NCBI GenBank assembly: GCA_963733035.1
Contig: CAVTBU010000005.1
Coordinates: 1,152,001-1,216,000, forward strand
Reading direction: 5' to 3'
Source of the DNA: Pirellulales bacterium
GTDB lineage: Bacteria; Planctomycetota; Planctomycetia; Pirellulales; PALSA-1355
Length of the DNA stretch: 64,000 nt
A program made the position numbers and the translations under genes. Every line of letters starts with the position of its first letter. Within the stretch, counting starts at the first letter, position 1. Shown one piece after another: positions 19,571 through 28,559 of this stretch. The notes under the pieces are model-generated. The model was given only the letters and a program-made list of their open reading frames with translations, was not told where the DNA came from and ran no database searches.

Positions 19571-20710
19571 CTAGCCGCAGGCGTCGATCAATTCCCAAAA
19601 GCTGTCGAACAGATAGTCGCTGTCGTGCGGGCCGGCCGACGCTTCGGGATGGTACTGCACGCTGAAGGCCGGCAACTCGCGGTGCCGCACCCCTTCGATC
19701 GTCTGATCGTTGAGATTGCGATGCGTTACTTCCAGGCAGGCCGGCAGGTTGTCCTCGCGAATGGCAAACCCGTGGTTTTGCGAGGTAATCTCCACGCGGC
19801 CGGTTTGCAGATTCTGCACCGGTTGGTTCGCTCCACGGTGACCAAACTTGAGCTTAAACGATTCGGCTCCGCACGCCAGGCTCAACAGCTGATGCCCCAG
19901 GCAGATGCCGAACACCGGGGTCTTACCCAACAAACTCTGAATCGTGGCAATCGCATACTCCAGCGGTTCAGGATCGCCGGGGCCGTTGGAAAGAAACACG
20001 CCGTCGGGCCGGAGCGCCAGCACCTCGCTGGCGGTGCTTGTGCCGGGTAGCACGGTTACCTGGCAGCCCTGATTACAAAGGTGGCGGGCAATGTTCCATT
20101 TCATCCCGTAGTCGAGTGCCACAATGTGCCGCTGTTGGCCAGATTCGGCACGTCCGGTCGGCTCGCCCGGCACGGGCAACTTCGACCACGCGCTGAGCTG
20201 CTCCGTCCAATGGATGGCCTGTGTTGGCACGACTTCACTCACCAGGTCGCGGCCCACCAAACCGGGGCTGCTCTTGGCCTTGGCCACCAGACTCGCATCG
20301 TCGAGATCCGTGGTCGACAGCACCCCCTTGAGGGCGCCGTGCTGGCGGATGCGGCGAACCAGGGCCCGGGTGTCAATGCCCGTCATACCGACGACCCCAA
20401 ACTTCGCCAAATACTCTTCGAGTCGGCCCGCCGAGCGAAAGTTGCTGGCAACGTTACTGCGGTTGCGGACCACGAAGCCGGCGAGGTGGGGGCGTGCGCT
20501 TTCGACATCCTCTTCGTTGACCCCGTAGTTACCGATTTCGGGATAGGTCATCGTGACGATTTGGCCGCGATAACTGGGGTCCGTGAGGATTTCCTGATAC
20601 CCGGTCATCGACGTATTGAAGCAAACTTCGCCGTCGACTTCTCCTTGGGCACCAAAAGATTGACCGGTGAAAACGGTTCCGTCTTCAAGGGCGAGTTTAG
20701 CGACTTTCAT
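19571..20710 (-). CDS. carA: Carbamoyl-phosphate synthase small subunit
   Basis: LALEDG, GEVCFNTSMTGYQEILTDPSY, LSNGPGDP, GICLGHQ and QYHPEASAGPHD. Confidence 0.98.
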   Translation of the reverse strand: MKVAKLALEDGTVFTGQSFGAQGEVDGEVCFNTSMTGYQEILTDPSYRGQIVTMTYPEIGNYGVNEEDVESARPHLAGFVVRNRSNVASNFRSAGRLEEYLAKFGVVGMTGIDTRALVRRIRQHGALKGVLSTTDLDDASLVAKAKSSPGLVGRDLVSEVVPTQAIHWTEQLSAWSKLPVPGEPTGRAESGQQRHIVALDYGMKWNIARHLCNQGCQVTVLPGTSTASEVLALRPDGVFLSNGPGDPEPLEYAIATIQSLLGKTPVFGICLGHQLLSLACGAESFKLKFGHRGANQPVQNLQTGRVEITSQNHGFAIREDNLPACLEVTHRNLNDQTIEGVRHRELPAFSVQYHPEASAGPHDSDYLFDSFWELIDACG

Positions 20711-20900
20711 AGACGTCTCAGCTGGTTCGATCCAGCGTGATGCTTCCTGCGAGGTAAAAAAAACGGTTTGAATCGATGGAGTGCGCGGGCGACAGTCGGC
20801 CTGCTAAAGTTTCTGTTGGTGCTAGCCCGATACGGTTCTTACGGCTGTGGGTCTCCGGTGCCGGCAAAACCTAAGTTGCCAACCCCGGACAGCCAATGCG

Positions 20901-20940
20901 GAGGGTTCTTGCCCCGGCGAGCAAGAGCCCTCTTTTTTTT
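20901..20940 (+). terminator. Intrinsic terminator with no directly upstream + strand CDS
   Basis: GAGGGTTCTTGC-8 nt loop-GCAAGAGCCCTC followed by T8. Confidence 0.8.
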
Positions 20941-21212
20941 GCGCCGAGCCACCCCAGTCCGGCCCGATCGGCGCAAATTTGCGCCATTATATCGGCCGTC
21001 CGCCTCGACGGATAGGATTGGACCCGTGCCGAATTTATGTCGTTTCCGACATCTCTCGGCCGCTTTTCGCCGGTGGCGGCTTTTCAGGGCATTTGCGGCG
21101 GTCTATCCTAAGGTCCCACGCGCCGCGGACGGCCCGGCAGCGCCCGTCCTCGGGTCGCCGACCCCGCTGCCTCGCGTTCACCCTCCTGAATCCACGCCCT
21201 GGAGTAGCCACC

Positions 21213-21941
21213 ATGCGATTCGCGTTACGTCTTCCATTGATGTTTGCCTGCGGACTCGTCCTTGCCACCCTGGTTGGCACCGCCGAAGCCGATGACCTGC
21301 CCACGACGCTTCAACCAGTTCCCCGCGAAGGTGGCTGGCTGGACCGCCACAACAGCTTCAACGAGCGAGTGAGCCAAGGGGACGTCGACCTGATTTTCAT
21401 CGGCGACTCGATTACCCAAGGCTGGGAAGGCAACGGCAAGGATGTATGGGCCAAGTACTACGGTCCCCGCAAAGCAGTCAACCTGGGCATTGGCGGCGAC
21501 CGCACGCAGCACGTGCTGTGGCGTCTCGACAACGGCAACATCGACGGCATCAAGCCGAAGCTGGCCGTCATCATGATCGGCACCAACAACTCCGGCGGCA
21601 ACGACAACACGGCTGAGGAAATTGGCGCCGGCATCGAGGCCATCGTCAAGAAACTGCGCAACAAGCTTCCCGATACCAAGATCCTGATTTTGGCCATCTT
21701 TCCCCGCAACGAGAAGCCGGGGCCGCAACGCGAAAAGAACGCCAAGGCGAGCGAGATCGCCTCGAAACTGGCCGACGACAAGATGGTGTACTACCTCGAC
21801 ATCGGCCCCAAGTTCCTCACGGAAGACGGCACGCTGACCCGCGAAATCATGCCCGACTTGCTGCACCTCAGCCCAAAGGGCTACGAGATTTGGGCAGAGT
21901 CGATTGAGCCCTCGGTTGCCAAGCTGATGGGCGAGAAGTAG
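21213..21941 (+). CDS. Secreted SGNH/GDSL hydrolase (PAF-acetylhydrolase IB-like)
   Basis: GGAG RBS, signal peptide, FIGDSITQGW, NLGIGGDRTQHVLWRL, IGTNN and PDLLHLS. Confidence 0.92.
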   Translation: MRFALRLPLMFACGLVLATLVGTAEADDLPTTLQPVPREGGWLDRHNSFNERVSQGDVDLIFIGDSITQGWEGNGKDVWAKYYGPRKAVNLGIGGDRTQHVLWRLDNGNIDGIKPKLAVIMIGTNNSGGNDNTAEEIGAGIEAIVKKLRNKLPDTKILILAIFPRNEKPGPQREKNAKASEIASKLADDKMVYYLDIGPKFLTEDGTLTREIMPDLLHLSPKGYEIWAESIEPSVAKLMGEK

Positions 21942-22020
21942 ACCCTGCCGGCATGAAAAACGGCAACGATCTTCAGGGGGCGTCACGGCCCACGTGGCGC
22001 CCCCTCACTTTGCGCTGGGG

Positions 22021-22974
22021 CTAGCGATTGCGAAACCAACGGACGAAGTCGCGAACCCCGTCGGCGATCGAAACGCCTGGCTGATATCCGAGCAAGCGTT
22101 GGGCCTTCGTCAAATCGGCACATGTCACCGGCATGTCTCCGGCGAAGGCCGGGTGAAAGTCAATTTTGGCCTTTTGACCAAGTTCCTCTTCGAGCAACCG
22201 CACCAGGTCGATGACGGCAATCGGTTCGTGATGCCCCAGATTGATGGCTTCGCCAGCGATGCCCGCGGATGTGAGCGCGGCCAGGAGTCCGGAGCAAACG
22301 TCGCTCACGTGCGTAAAATCGCGGCGATAGCTGCCGTCGCCAAATAGTGGAATCGGTTCCCCGCGATCGATGGCCGTGGCAAACACATGGATCGCCAGAT
22401 CGGGACGCATGCGCGGTCCGTAAACACTAAAGGGCCGCAGGCTGACCGTCGGCACTCCGTGCATCAGGTGAAAGTGCGAGGCCAACGTCTCGGCGGCTTG
22501 TTTCGTCACGCCATACGGGCTCAATGGAATTCCTAGTGGAACGTCTTCCTGGAAGGGAACTTCCGCCCCCGCGCCATAGACCGTCGACGAAGAGACCAAG
22601 ACGAAACGGTCGAGCGAACGATCTTTCGCGGCCTCGAGCAGCACTAACGTGCCGCGGATGTTCGCTTCCTCGAATTGGAGGGGCCGCGTTAGACTGGCGC
22701 GCACGCCGGCATATCCGCCCAGATGAACGATCTGGCGAAACCCGTGCCGCGGAAACAAGTCGTTGACGAGCTTCGGATCACAAAACGAACCCTCGACAAC
22801 CGTCACCCGACGGTCACCTGCGAACGCAGCCGCGTTGAGTCGTTTCAGCGCTGGATCGTAGTCGTCGTTGAAACTATCGAGACACACGATCCGCGCTTCT
22901 GGCTCGGATGCGAGCAGCCGCTGAATGAAATGGCTGCCGATAAAGCCGGCACCGCCGGTAACGAGAACGGACAT
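22021..22974 (-). CDS. NAD-dependent nucleotide-sugar epimerase (UDP-glucuronate 4-epimerase-like)
   Basis: VTGGAGFIGSH, AGVRASL, SSSTVYG, SPYGVTK, VYGPRMRPDLAI and RRDFTHV. Confidence 0.9.
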   Translation of the reverse strand: MSVLVTGGAGFIGSHFIQRLLASEPEARIVCLDSFNDDYDPALKRLNAAAFAGDRRVTVVEGSFCDPKLVNDLFPRHGFRQIVHLGGYAGVRASLTRPLQFEEANIRGTLVLLEAAKDRSLDRFVLVSSSTVYGAGAEVPFQEDVPLGIPLSPYGVTKQAAETLASHFHLMHGVPTVSLRPFSVYGPRMRPDLAIHVFATAIDRGEPIPLFGDGSYRRDFTHVSDVCSGLLAALTSAGIAGEAINLGHHEPIAVIDLVRLLEEELGQKAKIDFHPAFAGDMPVTCADLTKAQRLLGYQPGVSIADGVRDFVRWFRNR

Positions 22975-23077
22975 GCTGGCTCGCGTGAGACGTGTTGGTC
23001 GGTGCGACACCCAACCGGTTCGATGAAACTTCGCAATCCAAATTGTACCAGCCCGCGGGATCGGGTGTTTGGAAACC

Positions 23078-23842
23078 CTAGCCGGCGGAAGCTCGCGGCC
23101 GCGGCGCCAACCAGTTTTGGGCACCCAGCGCAAGGATAATCCCCATTGCGGAAAATGCCTCGCGCGAACTGATTTTTGACGTGCCGCGTTCGCGGTCGGC
23201 GAAGGTGATCGGTGTTTCGCCGATCGAGGCACCCAACCGCTTGAGTCGCCAGAGGATCTCTTCCTGGAACGAGTAGCCTCGCGAGCGAATGGCCGAGAAA
23301 TCGACGTGCCGCAGCAGCGAGGTGCGATAACAGCGAAATGCTCCACTGCAGTCCTTGGCCGGCAAGCCCAGCAAACAGCGCGCGTAGGCGTTGACGGTGC
23401 GGCTCATCAGGTGGCGCGTGAAGGGCCATCCCTGGATCGCCCCGCCGGCGACGTAGCGCGAACCGATCATCACATCCGCCGCCGGTGAACCGTCGGGATG
23501 CTGCATGCCGGCCAGCAGAGCTGGCAGATGACGCGGATGATGGCTGAAATCCGCGTCCATGTTCAGCACATAACGGTAGCCGTGTTCAATGGCATATTGC
23601 ATTCCCGCGATCGTCGCAGTGCCCAGCCCCAACTTGCCGGGCCGATGCAGACAATGCAGCCGCGAAACATTTGCCGCACGCTCGTCGCACCACTGGCCGG
23701 TGCCGTCCGGTGAGTTGTCGTCCACGACCAGAACGTCGACCTGGGGAGCCACCGCTAGGATCTCGTCGACCAGCCGCGGCAGATTCTCGATCTCGTTGTA
23801 GGTCGCCAGGGTGACCAGTGTGGCGGGGGGGTCGATAGCCAT
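23078..23842 (-). CDS. Polyprenol-phosphate mannose synthase-like GT2
   Basis: TYNEIENL, VVDDNSPDGTG, KLGLGTA, MDADFSH, GSRYVAGG and GYSFQEE. Confidence 0.9.
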   Translation of the reverse strand: MAIDPPATLVTLATYNEIENLPRLVDEILAVAPQVDVLVVDDNSPDGTGQWCDERAANVSRLHCLHRPGKLGLGTATIAGMQYAIEHGYRYVLNMDADFSHHPRHLPALLAGMQHPDGSPAADVMIGSRYVAGGAIQGWPFTRHLMSRTVNAYARCLLGLPAKDCSGAFRCYRTSLLRHVDFSAIRSRGYSFQEEILWRLKRLGASIGETPITFADRERGTSKISSREAFSAMGIILALGAQNWLAPRPRASAG

Positions 23843-24020
23843 TGCACCATTTCCAAATACTTCCAGCGTCGCGGCAAATCGGGCGTCGATTCCTCGAGTA
23901 CAAGCGCCTGTTTTGGCCCCGCCGAAGCTGCCAAATCGGGGGCATCCCTGTTCGCGGCATGGGCGGCCATCTACAATCTTAGGTTGCCCGCAGCACCGAT
24001 CCACGATTTTGCCCGCCTCC

Positions 24021-25268
24021 ATGAGCGTTTCCGCGGAAACCGTCGTGCCTTCTGTCACGACCGATCAGCGTCTCAAACCGTCGCGCTTGCGCGATGATTC
24101 GCCGATTTACGGGCGCACCTTCTGGCTCACTTACATCGGCAACTCGGCCTTCACTGTAGCGATGGCCTTGATGTATCGGTATGCCGATTTCGTGTTGTAT
24201 CTGGGCGGGACGGAATGGAACGTCGGCCTGATTGCCGGCGTGGGCATGGTCGGCAGTCTGCTGATGCGCTTTTTTCAAGGCTTCGGCATCGATCATTTTG
24301 GTCCGCGACGGATTTGGTTGTGGTCGAGCGCCGCATTTGTCGTGTCGCTGCTGGCGCACCTGTCGATCAACAACGTCCACGGTCCGGCGATCTTCCTATT
24401 GAGGGTCTGCTATGCCACAAGCATCGCGGGCGTGCTAGGGTCGTCCATCACTAGCATTTCTCGCAAACTGCCGCTGGCTCGTACGGCCGAGGTCATCGGC
24501 ATGCTGGGCACCTCAGGCTTCATCGGCATGGCAGTAGGTCCCCTGCTGGGCGACGTTTTCTGCGGTCATGAGCCGATCACGCGAAGCGACCTCAATACCC
24601 TGTTCCTGGTCGCGGCAGTGCTTGGTGTCATCTCGTTCGTCTGCGCTGAACTGGCGACGCGCAACGAACCGCGACCTCGCCGGCGCCGGCGCCCACCGCT
24701 CGTCTGGTTACTCGGGCGTTACCATCCGGGAAGCGTCATGGTGTTGGCAATCGTGATGGGCATCGGATTGGTGATTCCCACCACGTTTCTTCCCACGTTC
24801 ATCGAACAGTGCGGCATCGAGCATACGGGCACGTTCTTTTTGGCCTATGCCGGAACGGCATTTGTCGCCCGCATGCTCACCCGCAATTTGCCGCACACGG
24901 TGGGTGTGCGCCCCATGATCTACATCGGCCTCGCTTCGCTGGCGGTGAGCTTCCTGTTGTATCTGCCCGTCACGACCCAATGGGGCCTGGCAATTCCGGG
25001 CGTGTTTGCGGGAATATCGCACGCCGTGCTGTTCCCCAGTGTCACGGCTAAAGGAAGCACGTCGTTTCCCAGCCGTTACCGCGGTTTGGGCACGACCTTG
25101 ATGCTGGCGATGCTCGATACGGGGATGTTCGTGGGCAATCCGCTCATCGGCCGGATGGTGGAGTTCAGCAAGGCGATTGGCTGGCCCCCCTACACCACGA
25201 CTTTTGTCACCTTGGCAATCGGCGTCAGCCTGGTTGGCGTCTGGTATGCTATCTTCACCAGGAGATAG
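24021..25268 (+). CDS. MFS transporter
   Basis: About 12 hydrophobic helices and motif A-like GFGIDHFGPRR. Confidence 0.88.
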   Translation: MSVSAETVVPSVTTDQRLKPSRLRDDSPIYGRTFWLTYIGNSAFTVAMALMYRYADFVLYLGGTEWNVGLIAGVGMVGSLLMRFFQGFGIDHFGPRRIWLWSSAAFVVSLLAHLSINNVHGPAIFLLRVCYATSIAGVLGSSITSISRKLPLARTAEVIGMLGTSGFIGMAVGPLLGDVFCGHEPITRSDLNTLFLVAAVLGVISFVCAELATRNEPRPRRRRRPPLVWLLGRYHPGSVMVLAIVMGIGLVIPTTFLPTFIEQCGIEHTGTFFLAYAGTAFVARMLTRNLPHTVGVRPMIYIGLASLAVSFLLYLPVTTQWGLAIPGVFAGISHAVLFPSVTAKGSTSFPSRYRGLGTTLMLAMLDTGMFVGNPLIGRMVEFSKAIGWPPYTTTFVTLAIGVSLVGVWYAIFTRR

Positions 25269-25273
25269 CGCAC

Positions 25274-26035
25274 ATGCCCACACGCCGCGGGGCCGAGAAG
25301 GCCTATGACGCTGACTTGGCGTACGTTCACGACGCGGGGTTCGGCAGCTTTGCCGAAGCCGCGGCGCGGTTTCTCTGCCAGCAATTGGCGCGTCGTGGCA
25401 TTCGCAGCGGAAAGATTGTCGAACTGGGCTGTGGCAGCGGCATTCAGGCGGCGGCCATGAGCAACGCCGGCTACGAAATCGTCGGTTATGATATTTCGCC
25501 GGCAATGGTGCGGCTGGCAAAGACACGCGCGCCGGCCGGCGAATTTCACTGCCGGTCGTTTCTCGATGCCGCGATCCCAAATTGCCAGGTAGTCACGGCG
25601 GTCGGCGAAATCTTCAACTACCTGTTCGACGAACGCAACTCGCTGGCAGGACTGAAAAAAGTGTTTCGCCGCGTCTACTCGGCGCTCGACGGCGGTGGAG
25701 TCTTCCTGTTCGACGTGGCGCTCGTCGGCCGCATTCCCGGCGGTCATCACCGCGCCTACACGGACCAAAACAATTGGGCCTGTCTCTACGATGGCCGGGA
25801 GGACTCGCGGGGAAAGTCGCTCACCCGGCGAATCACAACTTTTCGCCGCGACGGACGGCACTATCGCCGCGATCAGGAAATCCACCGTTTGCGGCTGTAC
25901 GAGCGAAACGAACTACTCGAACCGCTACGAAGCATTGGGTTTCGCGTGCGAAGCTTGCGCAGCTACGACACGCTGAAGTTTCCTCCCGGCTATCTGGCCT
26001 TCCTGTGCCACAAGCCGCCGCTGGGGCGCCGCTAG
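25274..26035 (+). CDS. Class I SAM-dependent methyltransferase
   Basis: AGGAG RBS, IVELGCGSG, GYDISPAMV and GGVFLFD. Confidence 0.9.
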   Translation: MPTRRGAEKAYDADLAYVHDAGFGSFAEAAARFLCQQLARRGIRSGKIVELGCGSGIQAAAMSNAGYEIVGYDISPAMVRLAKTRAPAGEFHCRSFLDAAIPNCQVVTAVGEIFNYLFDERNSLAGLKKVFRRVYSALDGGGVFLFDVALVGRIPGGHHRAYTDQNNWACLYDGREDSRGKSLTRRITTFRRDGRHYRRDQEIHRLRLYERNELLEPLRSIGFRVRSLRSYDTLKFPPGYLAFLCHKPPLGRR

Positions 26036-26051
26036 GTGGCGGGAAAACTGC

Positions 26052-26999
26052 TTACCTGCCGGCGATGGTGCGGTAGTACTCGATCGATCGGCGAAGCCCC
26101 TCGGCGAAACTCACCTGCGGATCGTAGGCCAGGCACGCACGAGCCCGCGTGATATCGGCCAGGCTTTCGCGCACGTCGCCAACTCGCGGCGGCTGGTGAA
26201 CCGGTTTGATGCTGGTGCCCAGCAGCGAATTCAGATTATCGAGCAATTGCAGCAAGCTGGTTGTACGACCATTGGCCACGTTGAATACGCGTCCGGCGAC
26301 GAGTTTGGGGTCGGCGTCGGCGGCGAGCAAATTGCCGTGCACGACGTTGTCGACATACGTGAAGTCGCGCGATTGATGGCCGTCGCCATAGACGGTTGGC
26401 TGGCGTCCGGCGAGCATGGCGGTAATGAATAGCGGAATCACCGCCGAATACTGGCTATGGGGATCCTGTCGCGGCCCGAACACGTTGAAATACCGAATCG
26501 CGACCGTCTCGAAACCGTAGGTGGCGGTAAACGCGCCGCAATACGATTCCCCGGCGAACTTTGCCGCGCCATAGGGAGAAATCGGCGCCGGCAAATCCGA
26601 TTCGCGCTTGCTGGAAGTCGGCTGATCGCCATAGGCACTGCTTGAGGCGGCATAGACGAGGCGTCGTACGCCCGCCTTGCGTGCTTCATCCAGCACGATC
26701 AAGGTGCCCGTCACGCAAGCGGCGTGCGTTGCCAGCGGATGTTCAACGCTGCGCGGCACCGAAGCCAGCGCCGCCTCGTGAAAGACGCAATCGACTCCCT
26801 TGACGGCCTTGGCCACGGTCTGCGGGTCGGTAATGTCGCCTTCGATGAACTCGACGTCGCTGCCAAGGATTTCGACGTTGGCCCGGCTACCCGTCGACAG
26901 ATTATCGAGCACGCGCACACGGTCGCCACGGGCGAGAAGTCCCTGGGCAATATGAGACCCAACAAAGCCGGCACCGCCGGTAACCAAGAACGTGCGCAT
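26052..26999 (-). CDS. Extended SDR nucleotide-sugar epimerase (UDP-Glc/GlcNAc 4-epimerase, WbpP-like)
   Basis: VTGGAGFVGSH, AALASVPRSV, SPYGAAK, RYFNVFGPRQDP and SRDFTYV. Confidence 0.92.
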   Translation of the reverse strand: MRTFLVTGGAGFVGSHIAQGLLARGDRVRVLDNLSTGSRANVEILGSDVEFIEGDITDPQTVAKAVKGVDCVFHEAALASVPRSVEHPLATHAACVTGTLIVLDEARKAGVRRLVYAASSSAYGDQPTSSKRESDLPAPISPYGAAKFAGESYCGAFTATYGFETVAIRYFNVFGPRQDPHSQYSAVIPLFITAMLAGRQPTVYGDGHQSRDFTYVDNVVHGNLLAADADPKLVAGRVFNVANGRTTSLLQLLDNLNSLLGTSIKPVHQPPRVGDVRESLADITRARACLAYDPQVSFAEGLRRSIEYYRTIAGR

Positions 27000-27164
27000 C
27001 AAGATCCTCGTCAAACAGTCGTTGCGAAAGGTACTTCGAATGGGCTCTGAATTCTAGTTCACGGGGGCGGGTCGCACCACCGACGAGAATCTCGGGTGGT
27101 GTCCTAACAGTGAGGTGGTCGGATGGGAGGTCCGGTGAGGGCCGTGATTGGGGCTGTTTTTGCA

Positions 27165-27986
27165 TCAGTCCATGTAATTGTATTGGGGATGCATTCGGCA
27201 TTTTCCGGAATCGTACCCGTAGACAAAGCAGGTCCTGGTTTTATGGGGGCTCTTGGACGTGTCGAGATATTCGGCGTAGGCGATCACTATGATCACCCCG
27301 TTTTCAGACAGCACCCCGATATCTTCGTCGTTCAGCGGCATCGTATCGATGACGTTGTATGTCGTCGATGCGCCCGGTGCGAGAACGGCTTGATGCTGTG
27401 TTGCGTTGGCTGCTGTATGCAGCGCGGTAGAGATATTATCGATATCGATTCCGAGATCCGGGTAATGCGCCAGCACATCATCGTTCTGAAAGACTATCTG
27501 GCCGCCATCGCTGACTTTGATTTGTACGGCCACGGCATAACCAGTGACGATGGCCGGCGTCTTGCCTACATTTTTGAGCTGAATTGTCCCATGAATTGTA
27601 TCTGGAATTCCTGGTGGAGCGATTTCCGGCACATCAAAGCTCAGCCATGGCCGCTGGTCCAGCCGCATGACCTCCCATTGCTTGTCGGTGGCGTCCCATT
27701 GCCAATAGCCGACTATCACTTGGCCCAGCGTGAAAATCACCAAACTGGCGGAAAATATGAGCTGCCAGAACGCATAGCGACCAAATCGCCGTTTTGGCTG
27801 TTTCTTGGTTCTATCGGGCTTGGTTGTGTCATCATCGTCGCCGGGTTTCTCTGCATTGACAGACTTCTCTGGGGCCAGAGGCTCAGCGGGTGGCGCTGGT
27901 GGGGCCTCCTGATTGTTGGGTGCCTGCTTATTGCTCTGTCGCTTGCGCTCACGTCTGCGGGCCTTACGCTGGGCTTTCGTGGACAT
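27165..27986 (-). CDS. Hypothetical single-pass membrane protein (transposon cargo)
   Basis: Basic/Pro-rich N-terminus, TM segment WQLIFSASLVIFTLGQVIVGY, then a DQRPWL...KNVGKTPA beta-rich domain. GAAGGA lies upstream. Confidence 0.75.
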   Translation of the reverse strand: MSTKAQRKARRRERKRQSNKQAPNNQEAPPAPPAEPLAPEKSVNAEKPGDDDDTTKPDRTKKQPKRRFGRYAFWQLIFSASLVIFTLGQVIVGYWQWDATDKQWEVMRLDQRPWLSFDVPEIAPPGIPDTIHGTIQLKNVGKTPAIVTGYAVAVQIKVSDGGQIVFQNDDVLAHYPDLGIDIDNISTALHTAANATQHQAVLAPGASTTYNVIDTMPLNDEDIGVLSENGVIIVIAYAEYLDTSKSPHKTRTCFVYGYDSGKCRMHPQYNYMD

Positions 27987-28172
27987 TTCTCGTCGTCCTT
28001 CCGAACCTGACGCCTGAGTGTGATGTCAGTAGGGGCATGTAACCAATCTTTTCCGCCGTTTAATCGGTCGCTCAATGGGAGAGCGGCCCGCGTCTTGGCG
28101 GCGCAGGTGTTTTATAAACGCCCGTAGGGAGCGGCCTAATCCGCTGCCTGAGTTCGATTCTCACGCTCTCCG

Positions 28173-28346
28173 CTAGCGCTTTCTTCGCGCAGCCTTAAGC
28201 AGTATCTCCCGAGCCCACGTAGACGTGTTCGCACCGGCTGCGGCGTCTAGCTCAGCTCGCTCTTGCTCAGTAAGGCGGATGCGCAGTTCCGCGCTCTTTC
28301 GCTCGTCTGGCTCTTTGGGGGGCCTTCCCCTAGATGTAGTTTCCAT
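28173..28346 (-). CDS. Small ribbon-helix-helix (CopG/MobC-like) DNA-binding protein with N-terminal GRP motif
   Basis: METTSRGRPPKEPDERKSAELRIRLTEQERAELDAAAGANTSTWAREILLKAARRKR, divergent from the transposase. Confidence 0.75.
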   Translation of the reverse strand: METTSRGRPPKEPDERKSAELRIRLTEQERAELDAAAGANTSTWAREILLKAARRKR

Positions 28347-28353
28347 GCGATTT

Positions 28354-28414
28354 ATCATAGCAACAAAAAATATCCCCGCAAGGCTATTGCATCCTAATTA
28401 TTTGTTGCTACAAT
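28354..28414. promoter_or_regulatory. Mirrored divergent sigma70-type promoters sharing the inverted repeat TAGCAACAAA/TTTGTTGCTA
   Basis: Plus strand TTGCAT-16-TACAAT (28387-28414) and minus strand TTGCGG-16-TATGAT, both with a TGn extension. IR copies at 28358-28367 and 28401-28410. Confidence 0.65.
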
Positions 28415-28559
28415 AAATCGTAGTGATTGGGAGTAATGATCCCAATAAAAAACCCCGACTCGGCCCTGGCAGGCTGAATCGGGGGACAAACAACCAGGCT
28501 CTCGCTAGGCTGCTGTGACAAGCCAATTCTAGCGGAAGCCGCAACAAAGGCTACCCGCG

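Noticed and set aside
27123..28010. 295-aa + strand ORF fully overlapping the cargo gene
   Set aside because: Antisense shadow of 27165..27986, which has the RBS and a coherent TM plus beta-domain layout. No recognisable motifs.
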